DNA of 64,000 nucleotides from an uncultured Planktomarina sp. (GTDB lineage Bacteria; Pseudomonadota; Alphaproteobacteria; Rhodobacterales; Rhodobacteraceae). The DNA lies in NCBI GenBank assembly GCA_951542345.1, contig CATOCM010000004.1:3111-67110 (forward strand). Reading direction: 5' to 3'. The notes under the pieces were generated by a model, which searched no databases, was not told the DNA's origin, and was given only the letters and a program-made list of their open reading frames with translations. Positions within the stretch are counted from its first letter, which is position 1; every line of letters starts with the position of its first letter. The position numbers were made by a program, and so were the translations under genes. Of this stretch, positions 40,165 to 49,382 are shown in pieces.

Positions 40165-40989
40165 ATGGCTAACCTTCTACGCAAACCCATAGCCCTCACC
40201 GGAAAGTGTCATGATATCAATGTCGATAGCGCAAATTGGGGTTACGTGGGATTCGGTCTGTATAAGTTGCAGCCTGGCGACAGCGTACAAGAGGCCACGG
40301 GCGACCGAGAGGTCATCTTGGTGCTGGTAGAAGGCAAAGCCCAAATAACAGCCGACGGTCAAGACTTTGGAGAAATGGGCGAACGCATGTCAGTGTTCGA
40401 TCGCTTACCCCCCCATTGTCTCTACGTGCCCAATGATAAAAGCTGGCAAGCCATAGCCACCACTGTTTGTACTTTGGCGGTCTGCACCGCACCGGGCAAA
40501 AGCGGCCACAGAGTGCAACGTTTAGGGCCGGAAGGAATTACCCTAACCCCACGTGGAAAGGGACAAAATACGCGTTTTATCAACAATATTGCCATGGAAG
40601 ACCGTGACGTGGCCGACAGCCTATTGGTCACTGAAGTCTTCACTCCTGCAGGTAATTGGTCCAGTTATCCCAGCCACCGACATGACGAAGATATTTACCC
40701 TGATATGACCTACCTCGAGGAAACCTATTACCACCGCCTCAACCCTGCACAAGGCTTTGCAGTCCAGCGGGTCTATACCGAGGATGGGTCTCTAGATAAA
40801 ACCATGTCTGCGGCTGATGGTGATGTGATCTTGGTGCCCAAGGGCCACCACCCGTGCGCGGCCCCTTATGGTTATGAACTCTATTACCTAAACGTTATGG
40901 CCGGGCCCCTGCGTAAGTGGCGTTTCAAAAACGACCCGGCCCATGATTGGATTGCCAAGCGTGACGCAGATACTCTACCACCAGCCTAA
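40165..40989 (+). CDS. iolB: KduI/IolB-family isomerase (5-deoxy-glucuronate isomerase-like)
   Basis: 274 aa with NWSSYPSHRHDE and EETYYHR motifs. No other iol genes are in the window. Confidence 0.75.
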   Translation: MANLLRKPIALTGKCHDINVDSANWGYVGFGLYKLQPGDSVQEATGDREVILVLVEGKAQITADGQDFGEMGERMSVFDRLPPHCLYVPNDKSWQAIATTVCTLAVCTAPGKSGHRVQRLGPEGITLTPRGKGQNTRFINNIAMEDRDVADSLLVTEVFTPAGNWSSYPSHRHDEDIYPDMTYLEETYYHRLNPAQGFAVQRVYTEDGSLDKTMSAADGDVILVPKGHHPCAAPYGYELYYLNVMAGPLRKWRFKNDPAHDWIAKRDADTLPPA

Positions 40990-41400
40990 GCCATGTACTA
41001 TCGTGCAATAATCTGAATTTTTTTACCGAATAAGCAAGTAAGAGAGAAGGCTACAGCCTCACGTTCTAATAATCCCATCTTGTCAGACTTGGCCAAATAA
41101 TAATAGATATATCCTACACCCAAAATTTTGACCCTACTTTTGACACTAAATTTGGAGCTGCATGTATTGCCACCGTAGATGCTTTGGGCAATGTAGGCCT
41201 AGATAAAAATTACCCGTTGCTTTTGTCAGCTGGAACACACTCTCATTTTATAAACTGTTATCTACTACACATGTCGCCGAAAATGATTATGCAGGCTTCG
41301 TTCGGTCCACTTTGCCGTACCGGTAGAAGGCTGTGCCAAAATATATGGTCACAAAATTAAAAATCTATTAAGTAAAATTAGTTCCACCAAAGACTTTATT

Positions 41401-41435
41401 ATAAAAAAAGACCGCACTCACAGTTGAATGCAGCC
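41401..41435 (-). terminator. Probable terminator downstream of ndk
   Basis: The minus-strand RNA GGCUGCA-loop-UGCGGUC forms a 7-bp stem with two G.U pairs, followed by UUUUUUUAU. Confidence 0.4.
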
Positions 41436-41455
41436 TTTTTAAAAAAATTATATGG

Positions 41456-41878
41456 TTAACCCACAAGCTCAAGACCAGAAAAGAAATATGCTATTTCCAA
41501 GGCAGCAGTTTCTGGAGCGTCAGATCCGTGCACAGAGTTTTCACCCATCGATTCTGCAAAGTCAGCCCGGATAGTGCCAGCAGCCGCGTCTGCAGGGTTA
41601 GTGGCACCCATTACTTCACGATTTTTAGCAATAGCGCCTTCACCTTCAAGGACCTGTGCAAGGATTGGAGCAGAGGCCATGAATTCGCATAATTCTCCAT
41701 AAAATGGACGTTCTTTATGCACGGCATAGAATTCACCAGCTTGTTCCGTAGTCAAGTGGATCCGCTTTTGAGCAACAATACGCAGGCCAGCGTCTTCAAA
41801 TTTAGCATTAATCTTGCCTGTCAAGTTGCGGCGCGTTGCATCTGGTTTAATGATTGAGAATGTGCGTTCCAAAGCCAT
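41456..41878 (-). CDS. ndk: Nucleoside-diphosphate kinase
   Basis: [14 protein letters not shown] ... NSVHGSD; 140 aa. Confidence 0.95.
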   Translation of the reverse strand: MALERTFSIIKPDATRRNLTGKINAKFEDAGLRIVAQKRIHLTTEQAGEFYAVHKERPFYGELCEFMASAPILAQVLEGEGAIAKNREVMGATNPADAAAGTIRADFAESMGENSVHGSDAPETAALEIAYFFSGLELVG

Positions 41879-41998
41879 TGGGGTCGTCCTTTTTATATTT
41901 TGTTATCATGTCTAATTGTCTGGACGCGCGTTAGCATGGCACAGGATCGATGAAAAGGTACGATTGACGCCCAGCCAAAGCTAGGCCATGGGTGCGGC

Positions 41999-43840
41999 AT
42001 GTTAAAAATCCAAGATATCACCTATGCCATCGACGGTCGGCGTTTATTTGAAAACGCCAGCGCCACCATTCCAACCGGACATAAAGTTGGCTTTGTGGGT
42101 CCCAACGGGACCGGCAAAACTACGCTTTTTCGTATCATTCGCGGCGAACTTGCCTTGGAGGGTGGAGAAATTGAGTTGCCGCGTCGTGCAAAGATTGGCG
42201 GCGTCGCGCAAGAAGCGCCCGCGAATGATCTCTCCCTGCTAGAAACTGTATTGGCCGCTGACATCGAGCGGGCCACACTTTTGGCCGATACCAGTCAAGA
42301 ACCCAACCGAATCGCCGAAGTGCAAACGCGCCTTGCGGATATCGACGCTTGGTCTGCCGAAGGCCGTGCCTCGGCAATATTAAAAGGTCTCGGCTTTGAT
42401 GAAGCCGCGCAAAAGCGCCCCTGCGCTGATTTCTCTGGTGGTTGGCGGATGCGAGTAGCGTTGGCGGCAGTCTTATTCTCAGCCCCTGATATTCTGCTGC
42501 TCGATGAACCCACCAACTATCTCGATTTGGAAGGTACCATCTGGTTAGAATCCTTCCTTGCGCGCTACCCCCATACGGTTGTGGTAATTAGCCATGACCG
42601 CGACCTGCTCAACCGGGCCGTCGGTGGCATCTTGCACCTCGAGAATAAGCAGTTGACCTTTTACCAGGGCAACTACGACACCTTCGCCAAAACTCGCGCT
42701 GCGAAACGCGCAGTGCAGGCTGCGGCTGCAAAAAAGCAAACAGCTCAGCGCGATCACTTGCAAAGCTTCGTAGATCGCTTCAAAGCTAAAGCCTCCAAGG
42801 CCAAACAGGCGCAATCGCGGGTAAAAGCACTTGAACGTATGGAGCTGATAACACCACCGGAAGAAATGGCAAAGCGCGTCTTCACTTTCCCACAGCCCGA
42901 AGAACTGTCACCACCTATCGTGGCAATAGAAAACGGCGCTGTGGGCTATGGTGGACCAGATATTCTTTCGCAGCTTGAACTGCGCATCGACCAAGATGAC
43001 CGCATAGCACTTTTGGGTAAAAATGGAGAGGGGAAGTCAACCCTTGCAAAATTAATTTCAGATCGGTTGAAAACCTCCTCAGGCCGTCTTGTTACCCATA
43101 ATAAGTTACGCATCGGTTATTTTGCGCAGCATCAGGTCGATGAGCTGCAATTAGACGAAACTCCATTGCAACACCTGCAGTCAGAGCGCCCAGACCATAG
43201 TCCTGCCCGCCTGCGTGCCATGCTTGCAGGTTTTGGCTTGGGTCCAGATCAAGTGGACACTGTGGTGGGCCGCCTTTCTGGTGGCCAAAAAGCTCGCCTA
43301 TCGCTTTTGTTGGCCACATTGCCCGCACCGCATTTGTTGATCTTGGACGAGCCAACCAACCACCTCGACATTGAAAGCCGCGAAGCGCTGGTCCAAGCGT
43401 TGACTACCTATTCTGGCGCAGTTATTCTGGTGAGCCATGACATGCACCTACTATCATTAGTCGCTGATCGGCTTTGGTTGGTCTCAGATGGTCGTGTTAC
43501 CCCGTTCGAACAGGATTTGAGCGCCTATCGTGATTTCTTACTGGGCGGACCTGCCCAGAAAAAATCATCCGAAAAGCCAAAGGCCAAAAAATTTGGTCGT
43601 GAGCACCTGATCGCTGCACGTAACGATGTGCGACGAAGTGAAGAGCGGATCGATAAGATCACCCTGATGCACAGTAAACTTCAAGAAAAACTTGCAGATC
43701 CTAAGCTTTATGAAGATCATAATGCGGTAGATCTCGCCGTTTGGCAGAAAAAATTCCATGAGATTGAAACGGCACTCCTCCGAGCTGAAAAGCTTTGGCT
43801 TACTGCCAGCAACACAGTAGAGAAGCTCGAGAAGGTATAA
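41999..43840 (+). CDS. ABC-F family ATPase (two ABC domains, no membrane domain)
   Basis: It has two Walker A motifs (GPNGTGKTT, GKNGEGKST) and two signature motifs (FSGGWRMR, LSGGQKAR). A basic coiled-coil C-terminus is present; 613 aa. Confidence 0.9.
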   Translation: MLKIQDITYAIDGRRLFENASATIPTGHKVGFVGPNGTGKTTLFRIIRGELALEGGEIELPRRAKIGGVAQEAPANDLSLLETVLAADIERATLLADTSQEPNRIAEVQTRLADIDAWSAEGRASAILKGLGFDEAAQKRPCADFSGGWRMRVALAAVLFSAPDILLLDEPTNYLDLEGTIWLESFLARYPHTVVVISHDRDLLNRAVGGILHLENKQLTFYQGNYDTFAKTRAAKRAVQAAAAKKQTAQRDHLQSFVDRFKAKASKAKQAQSRVKALERMELITPPEEMAKRVFTFPQPEELSPPIVAIENGAVGYGGPDILSQLELRIDQDDRIALLGKNGEGKSTLAKLISDRLKTSSGRLVTHNKLRIGYFAQHQVDELQLDETPLQHLQSERPDHSPARLRAMLAGFGLGPDQVDTVVGRLSGGQKARLSLLLATLPAPHLLILDEPTNHLDIESREALVQALTTYSGAVILVSHDMHLLSLVADRLWLVSDGRVTPFEQDLSAYRDFLLGGPAQKKSSEKPKAKKFGREHLIAARNDVRRSEERIDKITLMHSKLQEKLADPKLYEDHNAVDLAVWQKKFHEIETALLRAEKLWLTASNTVEKLEKV

Positions 43841-43844
43841 TTTT

Positions 43845-44474
43845 ATGGATTTTGCAATCCTATTTACCGCCTCTGCAACATTATTTGTGGTGATTGATCC
43901 GATTGGCTTAGCACCTGTATTCGTAGCATTAACCCAAGGTATGGCACCCAAAAAGCGCAAAGCCATCGCCCTGCGGGCTTGCGTCATCGCCTTTGTTATT
44001 CTCTCGTTGTTTGGATTGATGGGTGAGTCTGTTTTAAGCTTTGCGGGCATCTCCATGCCTGCCTTCCAAATTGCGGGCGGGATTTTACTATTTATTACGG
44101 CTTTTGAAATGTTATTTGAACTGCGTGGCAAACGCCGCAGTGACAAGGGGGAAGAGAGCGAAGAGGATGATCGTGATCCATCAGTTTTCCCTCTAAGTAT
44201 CCCGTTAATTGCTGGTCCAGGCGCGATTACCTCAATGATTCTGCTGACTAATGACGTGCAAAACAATATCTGGCAATTAACCGGCGTATTCTGTGCGATG
44301 TTTATTGTTGTTTTTACGGTTATGGTGCTGTTCATGATGGCTGCATTAATAGAGAAAATTCTAGGAAAAACTGGTATTTTAGTAGTTAGCCGTGTTTTGG
44401 GAATGCTTTTGGCCGCCCTTGCAGTACAATTTATTTTGAATGGGCTCACAGGCTTTGGGATTGCAATTGGCTGA
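43845..44474 (+). CDS. marC: MarC-family (UPF0056) integral membrane protein
   Basis: 209 aa and multi-pass hydrophobic, with the typical N-terminus FVVIDPIGLAPVF. Confidence 0.8.
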   Translation: MDFAILFTASATLFVVIDPIGLAPVFVALTQGMAPKKRKAIALRACVIAFVILSLFGLMGESVLSFAGISMPAFQIAGGILLFITAFEMLFELRGKRRSDKGEESEEDDRDPSVFPLSIPLIAGPGAITSMILLTNDVQNNIWQLTGVFCAMFIVVFTVMVLFMMAALIEKILGKTGILVVSRVLGMLLAALAVQFILNGLTGFGIAIG

Positions 44475-44509
44475 TCTAACAACAACCTAGGCTTTTGGGG
44501 AGACCTGCT

Positions 44510-45082
44510 ATGGCTGACACACTTGCAAGCGTTGGATATTTGACCATTTTACTGATTGCAATAGGTGGCTGGTTTATGGCCAGTAATCGTCCCTCTATTG
44601 GAAAGTCGCTTCAAATAGCTTTAGTTTGGGGCATGATTTTTATGGCAGCTATGGCAATCTACGGCATGTGGAGCGACATTACACGTAGCTATGTTGCCCA
44701 AGTTACGAGCGAAGACGAAGCAATTACCCTGCCGCGTGCTCGCGATGGCCACTACTATGCGACAGTCAAAATTAATGGGGTCAATATCAACTTTTTGGTC
44801 GACACAGGCGCTACTGATCTGGTGCTTAGCAGAGCGGATGCAGACAAAATAGGGCTTGATGTGGCGGAACTTCCTTTTCTGGGCAGCGCTTATACTGCTA
44901 ATGGCACCGTCCCCATAGCATACACCCTCCTTAGAGAAGTGCGCCTCGGGCCACATCTCGACCGCAGCGTCTCGGCTTCAATCAACGGTGGAGAAATGGA
45001 TAAAAGTCTTCTGGGTATGAGCTATTTAGGGAAATATGACCGTATTGAAATATTGAATGATAGGTTGGTGTTGCATAGGTAG
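44510..45082 (+). CDS. Membrane-anchored retropepsin-like aspartic protease (TIGR02281-type, clan AA)
   Basis: Two N-terminal hydrophobic helices are followed by FLVDTGATDLVLS (D-T-G active site). The ATG at 44510 has GGGGAG 7 nt upstream; the ORF-track TTG start is 44495. Confidence 0.75.
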   Translation: MADTLASVGYLTILLIAIGGWFMASNRPSIGKSLQIALVWGMIFMAAMAIYGMWSDITRSYVAQVTSEDEAITLPRARDGHYYATVKINGVNINFLVDTGATDLVLSRADADKIGLDVAELPFLGSAYTANGTVPIAYTLLREVRLGPHLDRSVSASINGGEMDKSLLGMSYLGKYDRIEILNDRLVLHR

Positions 45083-45101
45083 TGCCATTTTGTACTCTAT
45101 C

Positions 45102-45566
45102 CTATAATGCAGATTTTTGAGCCTGAAGCTCCCAAATACCCTGAGCTTGGCTCCAGTATTTGGCGGCAAGTCCAGCTCGAGTTAGAGATTTCCATTGGTT
45201 GCGTGCAGTTTGCATATCACTTCTATTTTCGTCTTGAAACACAACGCAAACACGTTTGGCTTTCTCTGCTTCTTGGGCAGAAACATCAGCCCCATCGATA
45301 CAGATCAGGCAGTCATGCGGATACGATTGCCCCGCAATGGTCAGCAGGATCGGTTGATCTGCCTCTCCAGCGTCGCCTGCCAGCCCGTGTGGTACAAAGG
45401 TGTCGGAGGGTCCTTGCCAAAGCTTATCATTAAGCGACGCCATCGCTTGGGTATCGTGGCCCCGGATCACCACCCGCCAGCTGTTTGACAGGCATTTAGC
45501 AAGCAAAGGAAGCAACGCTTGGTCAACAGTTTGGCGGGTCAAGTGGTAGAAATAGGCTTCACCCAC
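45102..45566 (-). CDS. holC: DNA polymerase III chi subunit
   Basis: 154 aa with an AYFYHL N-terminus, overlapping and downstream of pepA as is common in proteobacteria. Confidence 0.8.
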   Translation of the reverse strand: MGEAYFYHLTRQTVDQALLPLLAKCLSNSWRVVIRGHDTQAMASLNDKLWQGPSDTFVPHGLAGDAGEADQPILLTIAGQSYPHDCLICIDGADVSAQEAEKAKRVCVVFQDENRSDMQTARNQWKSLTRAGLAAKYWSQAQGIWELQAQKSAL

Positions 45567-47046
45567 TAGCTGCTTCCTCTTTTATCTCATAATGATCCGC
45601 GATCATTCGGTTCAAAGCGCGCACGCCCCAGCCCGTGGCCCCTTTTGGCGAGAACGCGCTTTCCGAAGCAATAGACGCCACGCCAGCAATGTCGAGATGA
45701 GCCCAAGGCATATCTTCTTTGACAAAGCGTTGCAAAAACTGACCCGCTGTAATGGAACCCGCAGCCCGAGAGCCGACGTTCTTCACATCTGCGATCCGTG
45801 ACTTTAGCAATTTATCGTAGGCAGGTGCCAAAGGCATGCGCCATGCGCCTTCACCCTCTGCGGTAGCCGCATCAATAAACTGTTTGCACAGCCTATCATT
45901 GTTGGAAAATACACCCGCCATTTCATGACCCAAGCCTACGATAATGGCTCCTGTTAAGGTTGCGAGATTTATCATGCCGGTGGGAGCAAAACGTTCTTGA
46001 GTATACCAAAGAATATCAGCCAAAACGAGACGTCCTTCGGCGTCTGTATTTATCACCTCCACCGTATCACCCTTCATGGATTTAATAACATCACCGGGAC
46101 GGACCGCATTACCTGACGGCATGTTCTCCACCAAACCCACTACACCTACAACATTAGCTTTCGCCTTGCGCAAAGCCAAAGCTTTCATAGCACCAGCCAC
46201 GACACCAGCACCGCCCATATCCATGGTCATATCTTCCATACCACCAGCGGGTTTCAGCGATATTCCACCAGTGTCAAACACCACGCCCTTACCCACAAGC
46301 GCAAAGGGCGCTTCATCTCCACCACCGTTCCATTGCATAACTACCACTTTAGAGGGGCTGTCAGAGCCTTGACCCACGCAAAGCAGCGTGCGCATTCCCA
46401 GCTTTTCCAGTGCGCTCTCGTCAAAGACCTCGACTGTAATACCTAGCTCAGCTAATGCCGATAACTCTGAAGCGAAGACCGTTGTGGTCAACACATTGGC
46501 AGGTGCATTAATTAGATCACGGGTGAAAAATACACCATCGACCATAGCCATTTTAGTATCAATCTCTGCTGCTTGGCTGGCAATATTATCTACCATTACC
46601 CTTACATCCAATGGCTTTGGGTCAGTGTTAGTTTTTTGATCGAGGTATTCATAGTTGCGCATGGCCATACCTTCGACAAGGTCTACGATACGCCCAAATT
46701 TACCACCCACCAGTAAGATTTTTTCGCAGGTTAATGCTTTTGTAATTTTTACGCCACAACTGCGCGCTTGTGCTACGGTGGCATTACTATTTATTTTAGC
46801 TATCATCACAGATTTTGCATATAAATCAGTTGGGTAAGACAAAGACAAAGTATTACCTAGCAACAGGTTTTTAAATTCCTCAGAACATAAAAACCGTTCC
46901 AGAGCGCCTTTTGTAACTTTATTGATCCAGCTCGAAACCGCATCTAATTTCTGATCGTCCGACACCAAAATTACAATTTGCCCAGTACACTCTAGTAGTG
47001 CGTCAAAATCCGTTTTTATAACAGAAAATTTTGGTAACGGTGTCAT
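45559..47046 (-). CDS. pepA: Leucyl aminopeptidase (M17)
   Basis: NTDAEGRLVLAD signature, VGKGVVFDTGG; 495 aa. Confidence 0.93.
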   Translation of the reverse strand: MTPLPKFSVIKTDFDALLECTGQIVILVSDDQKLDAVSSWINKVTKGALERFLCSEEFKNLLLGNTLSLSYPTDLYAKSVMIAKINSNATVAQARSCGVKITKALTCEKILLVGGKFGRIVDLVEGMAMRNYEYLDQKTNTDPKPLDVRVMVDNIASQAAEIDTKMAMVDGVFFTRDLINAPANVLTTTVFASELSALAELGITVEVFDESALEKLGMRTLLCVGQGSDSPSKVVVMQWNGGGDEAPFALVGKGVVFDTGGISLKPAGGMEDMTMDMGGAGVVAGAMKALALRKAKANVVGVVGLVENMPSGNAVRPGDVIKSMKGDTVEVINTDAEGRLVLADILWYTQERFAPTGMINLATLTGAIIVGLGHEMAGVFSNNDRLCKQFIDAATAEGEGAWRMPLAPAYDKLLKSRIADVKNVGSRAAGSITAGQFLQRFVKEDMPWAHLDIAGVASIASESAFSPKGATGWGVRALNRMIADHYEIKEEAASG

Positions 47047-47169
47047 ATAAATTCCTTTTCAAAAGTTGTTAGTAAGAGCCTAGCCTTTGTATCCCATATT
47101 GACCAGATTCATGTTTCTGTTTTGCTAAAATTACTTTAGCAGGGTCATAGGGGTCATCAAGGGGGGGGA

Positions 47170-48288
47170 ATGGTGCGTATCAACACATATATCCTTAAGC
47201 AACTACTAACGCTGTTTGGCTTTTTTGCTTTGGTCCTAGTGTTGATCTATTGGATCAACCGCGCAGTGCGTCTATTCGACCGCTTAATCGCAGATGGTCA
47301 ATCGGCCATAGTATTCTTGGAATTTACCTCTCTTACCCTGCCGTGGATGATATCAGTAATCGCCCCAATCGCCGGCTTTGCCGCTGTAGTTTATGTAGTC
47401 CATAGGCTGGCGTCGGACAGCGAATTGGTAGTGTTGCAAACCACGGGCCTATCAGCACGCGACGTTGCCAAACCGGTGTGGATTTTTGCAGTCAGTTTGG
47501 CAACCTTGATTATGATTTTAAGCAATGTTTTAGTGCCCATAAGCCAATCAAAGTTGCACCAGCGGCAATTGGAAGTAGCAGAAAACATGACCAGTCGGTT
47601 ACTCACAGAGGGCACTTTTTTAAGCCCAAGCAATAACATAACATTTTATTTGCGCCAAATCACTGCAGAGGGTGAACTAGAGGGGGTGTTTCTCAATGAC
47701 ACATCTAATCCCACTAAAAACTTAACCTATTCAGCGGCCAAAGCGTTTTTAGTACGCTCCGATGACGGCCCACGGTTGGTATTAATAGATGGGCTAATTC
47801 AAAACCTTGATCTGGCTACCGACCGGCTAACCGTTACTAAGTTCAATGACTTTGTCATTAATATTGGGCAGATTATCAGTCCACCCTCTGCAACAGTTAA
47901 GAATATCGATCATTTTACCAGTTTCGAAATCCTTAATCAAATAATGCGAGGTGCCACTCCAGGCAGCACCACACAACTCGAAGCCATATTCACTTTGCAT
48001 CAACGCGTCGCAGGCCCTTTAATGAGTATTTTTGCTGTGTTGATTGGCTATGCGGTCTTAGTCACTTCCAGCTTCAGTAGATTTGGCCTCTGGCGTTCAG
48101 TTCTGACCGCCGTGGTATTCTTGATAATATTGAGGTTTATGGAGGGGCTCTGCCTAGATTACGCCCGTCGTTCGACAGGTGTAATTTGGGTTATGTACTT
48201 ACCATTAATTTTTGGTTTTTTGTCCACTTATATTTTAATTCTACGTTCTGACCGACCGTGGGCTAAATCAGTGGAAACAGCGCCATGA
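47170..48288 (+). CDS. lptF: LPS export ABC permease LptF
   Basis: 372 aa LptF/LptG-family permease, divergent from pepA, followed by lptG with a 4-nt overlap. Confidence 0.85.
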   Translation: MVRINTYILKQLLTLFGFFALVLVLIYWINRAVRLFDRLIADGQSAIVFLEFTSLTLPWMISVIAPIAGFAAVVYVVHRLASDSELVVLQTTGLSARDVAKPVWIFAVSLATLIMILSNVLVPISQSKLHQRQLEVAENMTSRLLTEGTFLSPSNNITFYLRQITAEGELEGVFLNDTSNPTKNLTYSAAKAFLVRSDDGPRLVLIDGLIQNLDLATDRLTVTKFNDFVINIGQIISPPSATVKNIDHFTSFEILNQIMRGATPGSTTQLEAIFTLHQRVAGPLMSIFAVLIGYAVLVTSSFSRFGLWRSVLTAVVFLIILRFMEGLCLDYARRSTGVIWVMYLPLIFGFLSTYILILRSDRPWAKSVETAP

Positions 48289-49382
48289 TTCTCCACCTCT
48301 ATTTTGCCCGCCGGTTCGTAATAGCTTTTTTGTCAGTAACAGGAGCTTTTTCAGTTTTAGTTATTTTCCTTGATTTCATCGAACAACTTAGACGATTTCG
48401 GGGAAAAGATGTAGCTTTGAGCGAAATAATGCATTTAGTAGCACTCAATATCCCAGCAACTCTGTACCAAATGTTGCCTTTGATCATGGTGTTATGCAGC
48501 GTTATGTTATTTTTGAACCTCGCAGGGAGCAGCGAGTTGATAGTGGTTCGCGCAGCTGGGCGCTCTGCGCTGCGCTCACTCATCGGACCCCTACTGGCTG
48601 CGCTGGCCATTGGCCTCTTTGCGGTTTCGATTCTAAATCCCGTGATTGCATCAACCCAAAAGAAATATGAAACAATGTTTTCCAGCTTTTATGCTAAAAA
48701 GGTCAGCGCTGTGGCACTATCAGCCAATGGCCTTTGGTTGCGACAAGGCAATGATCAGGTGCAAACCGTGATCCACGCCCAACGTGCCAATCTTGACGGT
48801 ACCAAGCTTTACAACGTAGCACTTTATGAGTTTGATCTGTCCGGTAAGGCCACAAGACGGGTAGCTGCATATATGGCTACTCTGGAAGAGGGGCATTGGA
48901 ATTTGTTGAACGTTAAAGAATGGCCATTGCAACTCGGCGGAAATGCAGAGGCCGATGCAGATCAAATGCGCCAATATAAAATTCCAACAGAGTTAACCAA
49001 GGAACATATCCATAATAGCTTTGGTAGCCCGGCTTCAATTCCAATTTGGAAACTACCTGCCTTTATAAAACGGTTGGAAAAAGCGGGCTTTTCAGCCCGG
49101 CGTCATACCGTTTGGTTTCATATGGAATTGGCATTGCCTCTATTTTTGGCATCTATTGTCATGATCGGTGCAGGCTTTACCATGCGACAAGGGCAGAGAA
49201 ACCGTGCTGGCCTCCGAGTTTTGTTAGCGATAATGTTTGGATTTAGTTTGTATTTTCTACGGAATTTTGCACAAATCCTTGGTGAGAACGGTCAATTGCC
49301 AGAAATCTGGGCCGCCTGGATTCCGCCAATCGCAGCCATTGGCTTATCGCTTTCATTTCTTTTACACACAGAGGACGGTTGA
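48285..49382 (+). CDS. lptG: LPS export ABC permease LptG
   Basis: 365 aa. It is the second LptF/G paralog, with the N-terminus LHLYFARRF. Confidence 0.85.
   Translation: MILHLYFARRFVIAFLSVTGAFSVLVIFLDFIEQLRRFRGKDVALSEIMHLVALNIPATLYQMLPLIMVLCSVMLFLNLAGSSELIVVRAAGRSALRSLIGPLLAALAIGLFAVSILNPVIASTQKKYETMFSSFYAKKVSAVALSANGLWLRQGNDQVQTVIHAQRANLDGTKLYNVALYEFDLSGKATRRVAAYMATLEEGHWNLLNVKEWPLQLGGNAEADADQMRQYKIPTELTKEHIHNSFGSPASIPIWKLPAFIKRLEKAGFSARRHTVWFHMELALPLFLASIVMIGAGFTMRQGQRNRAGLRVLLAIMFGFSLYFLRNFAQILGENGQLPEIWAAWIPPIAAIGLSLSFLLHTEDG

Noticed and set aside
41073-41358. 95-codon open frame without a start codon in the iolB-ndk gap
   Set aside because: It has no ATG, GTG or TTG start with an SD until late in the frame, its composition is AT-rich, and it has no recognisable motif. 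It is kept only as a note under the gene-desert finding.
43565-44485. 306-aa minus-strand ORF
   Set aside because: It is antisense to the well-supported marC and the 3' end of the ABC-F gene. The peptide is low-complexity (rich in I, K, N and S) with no recognisable motif. It is a shadow ORF.
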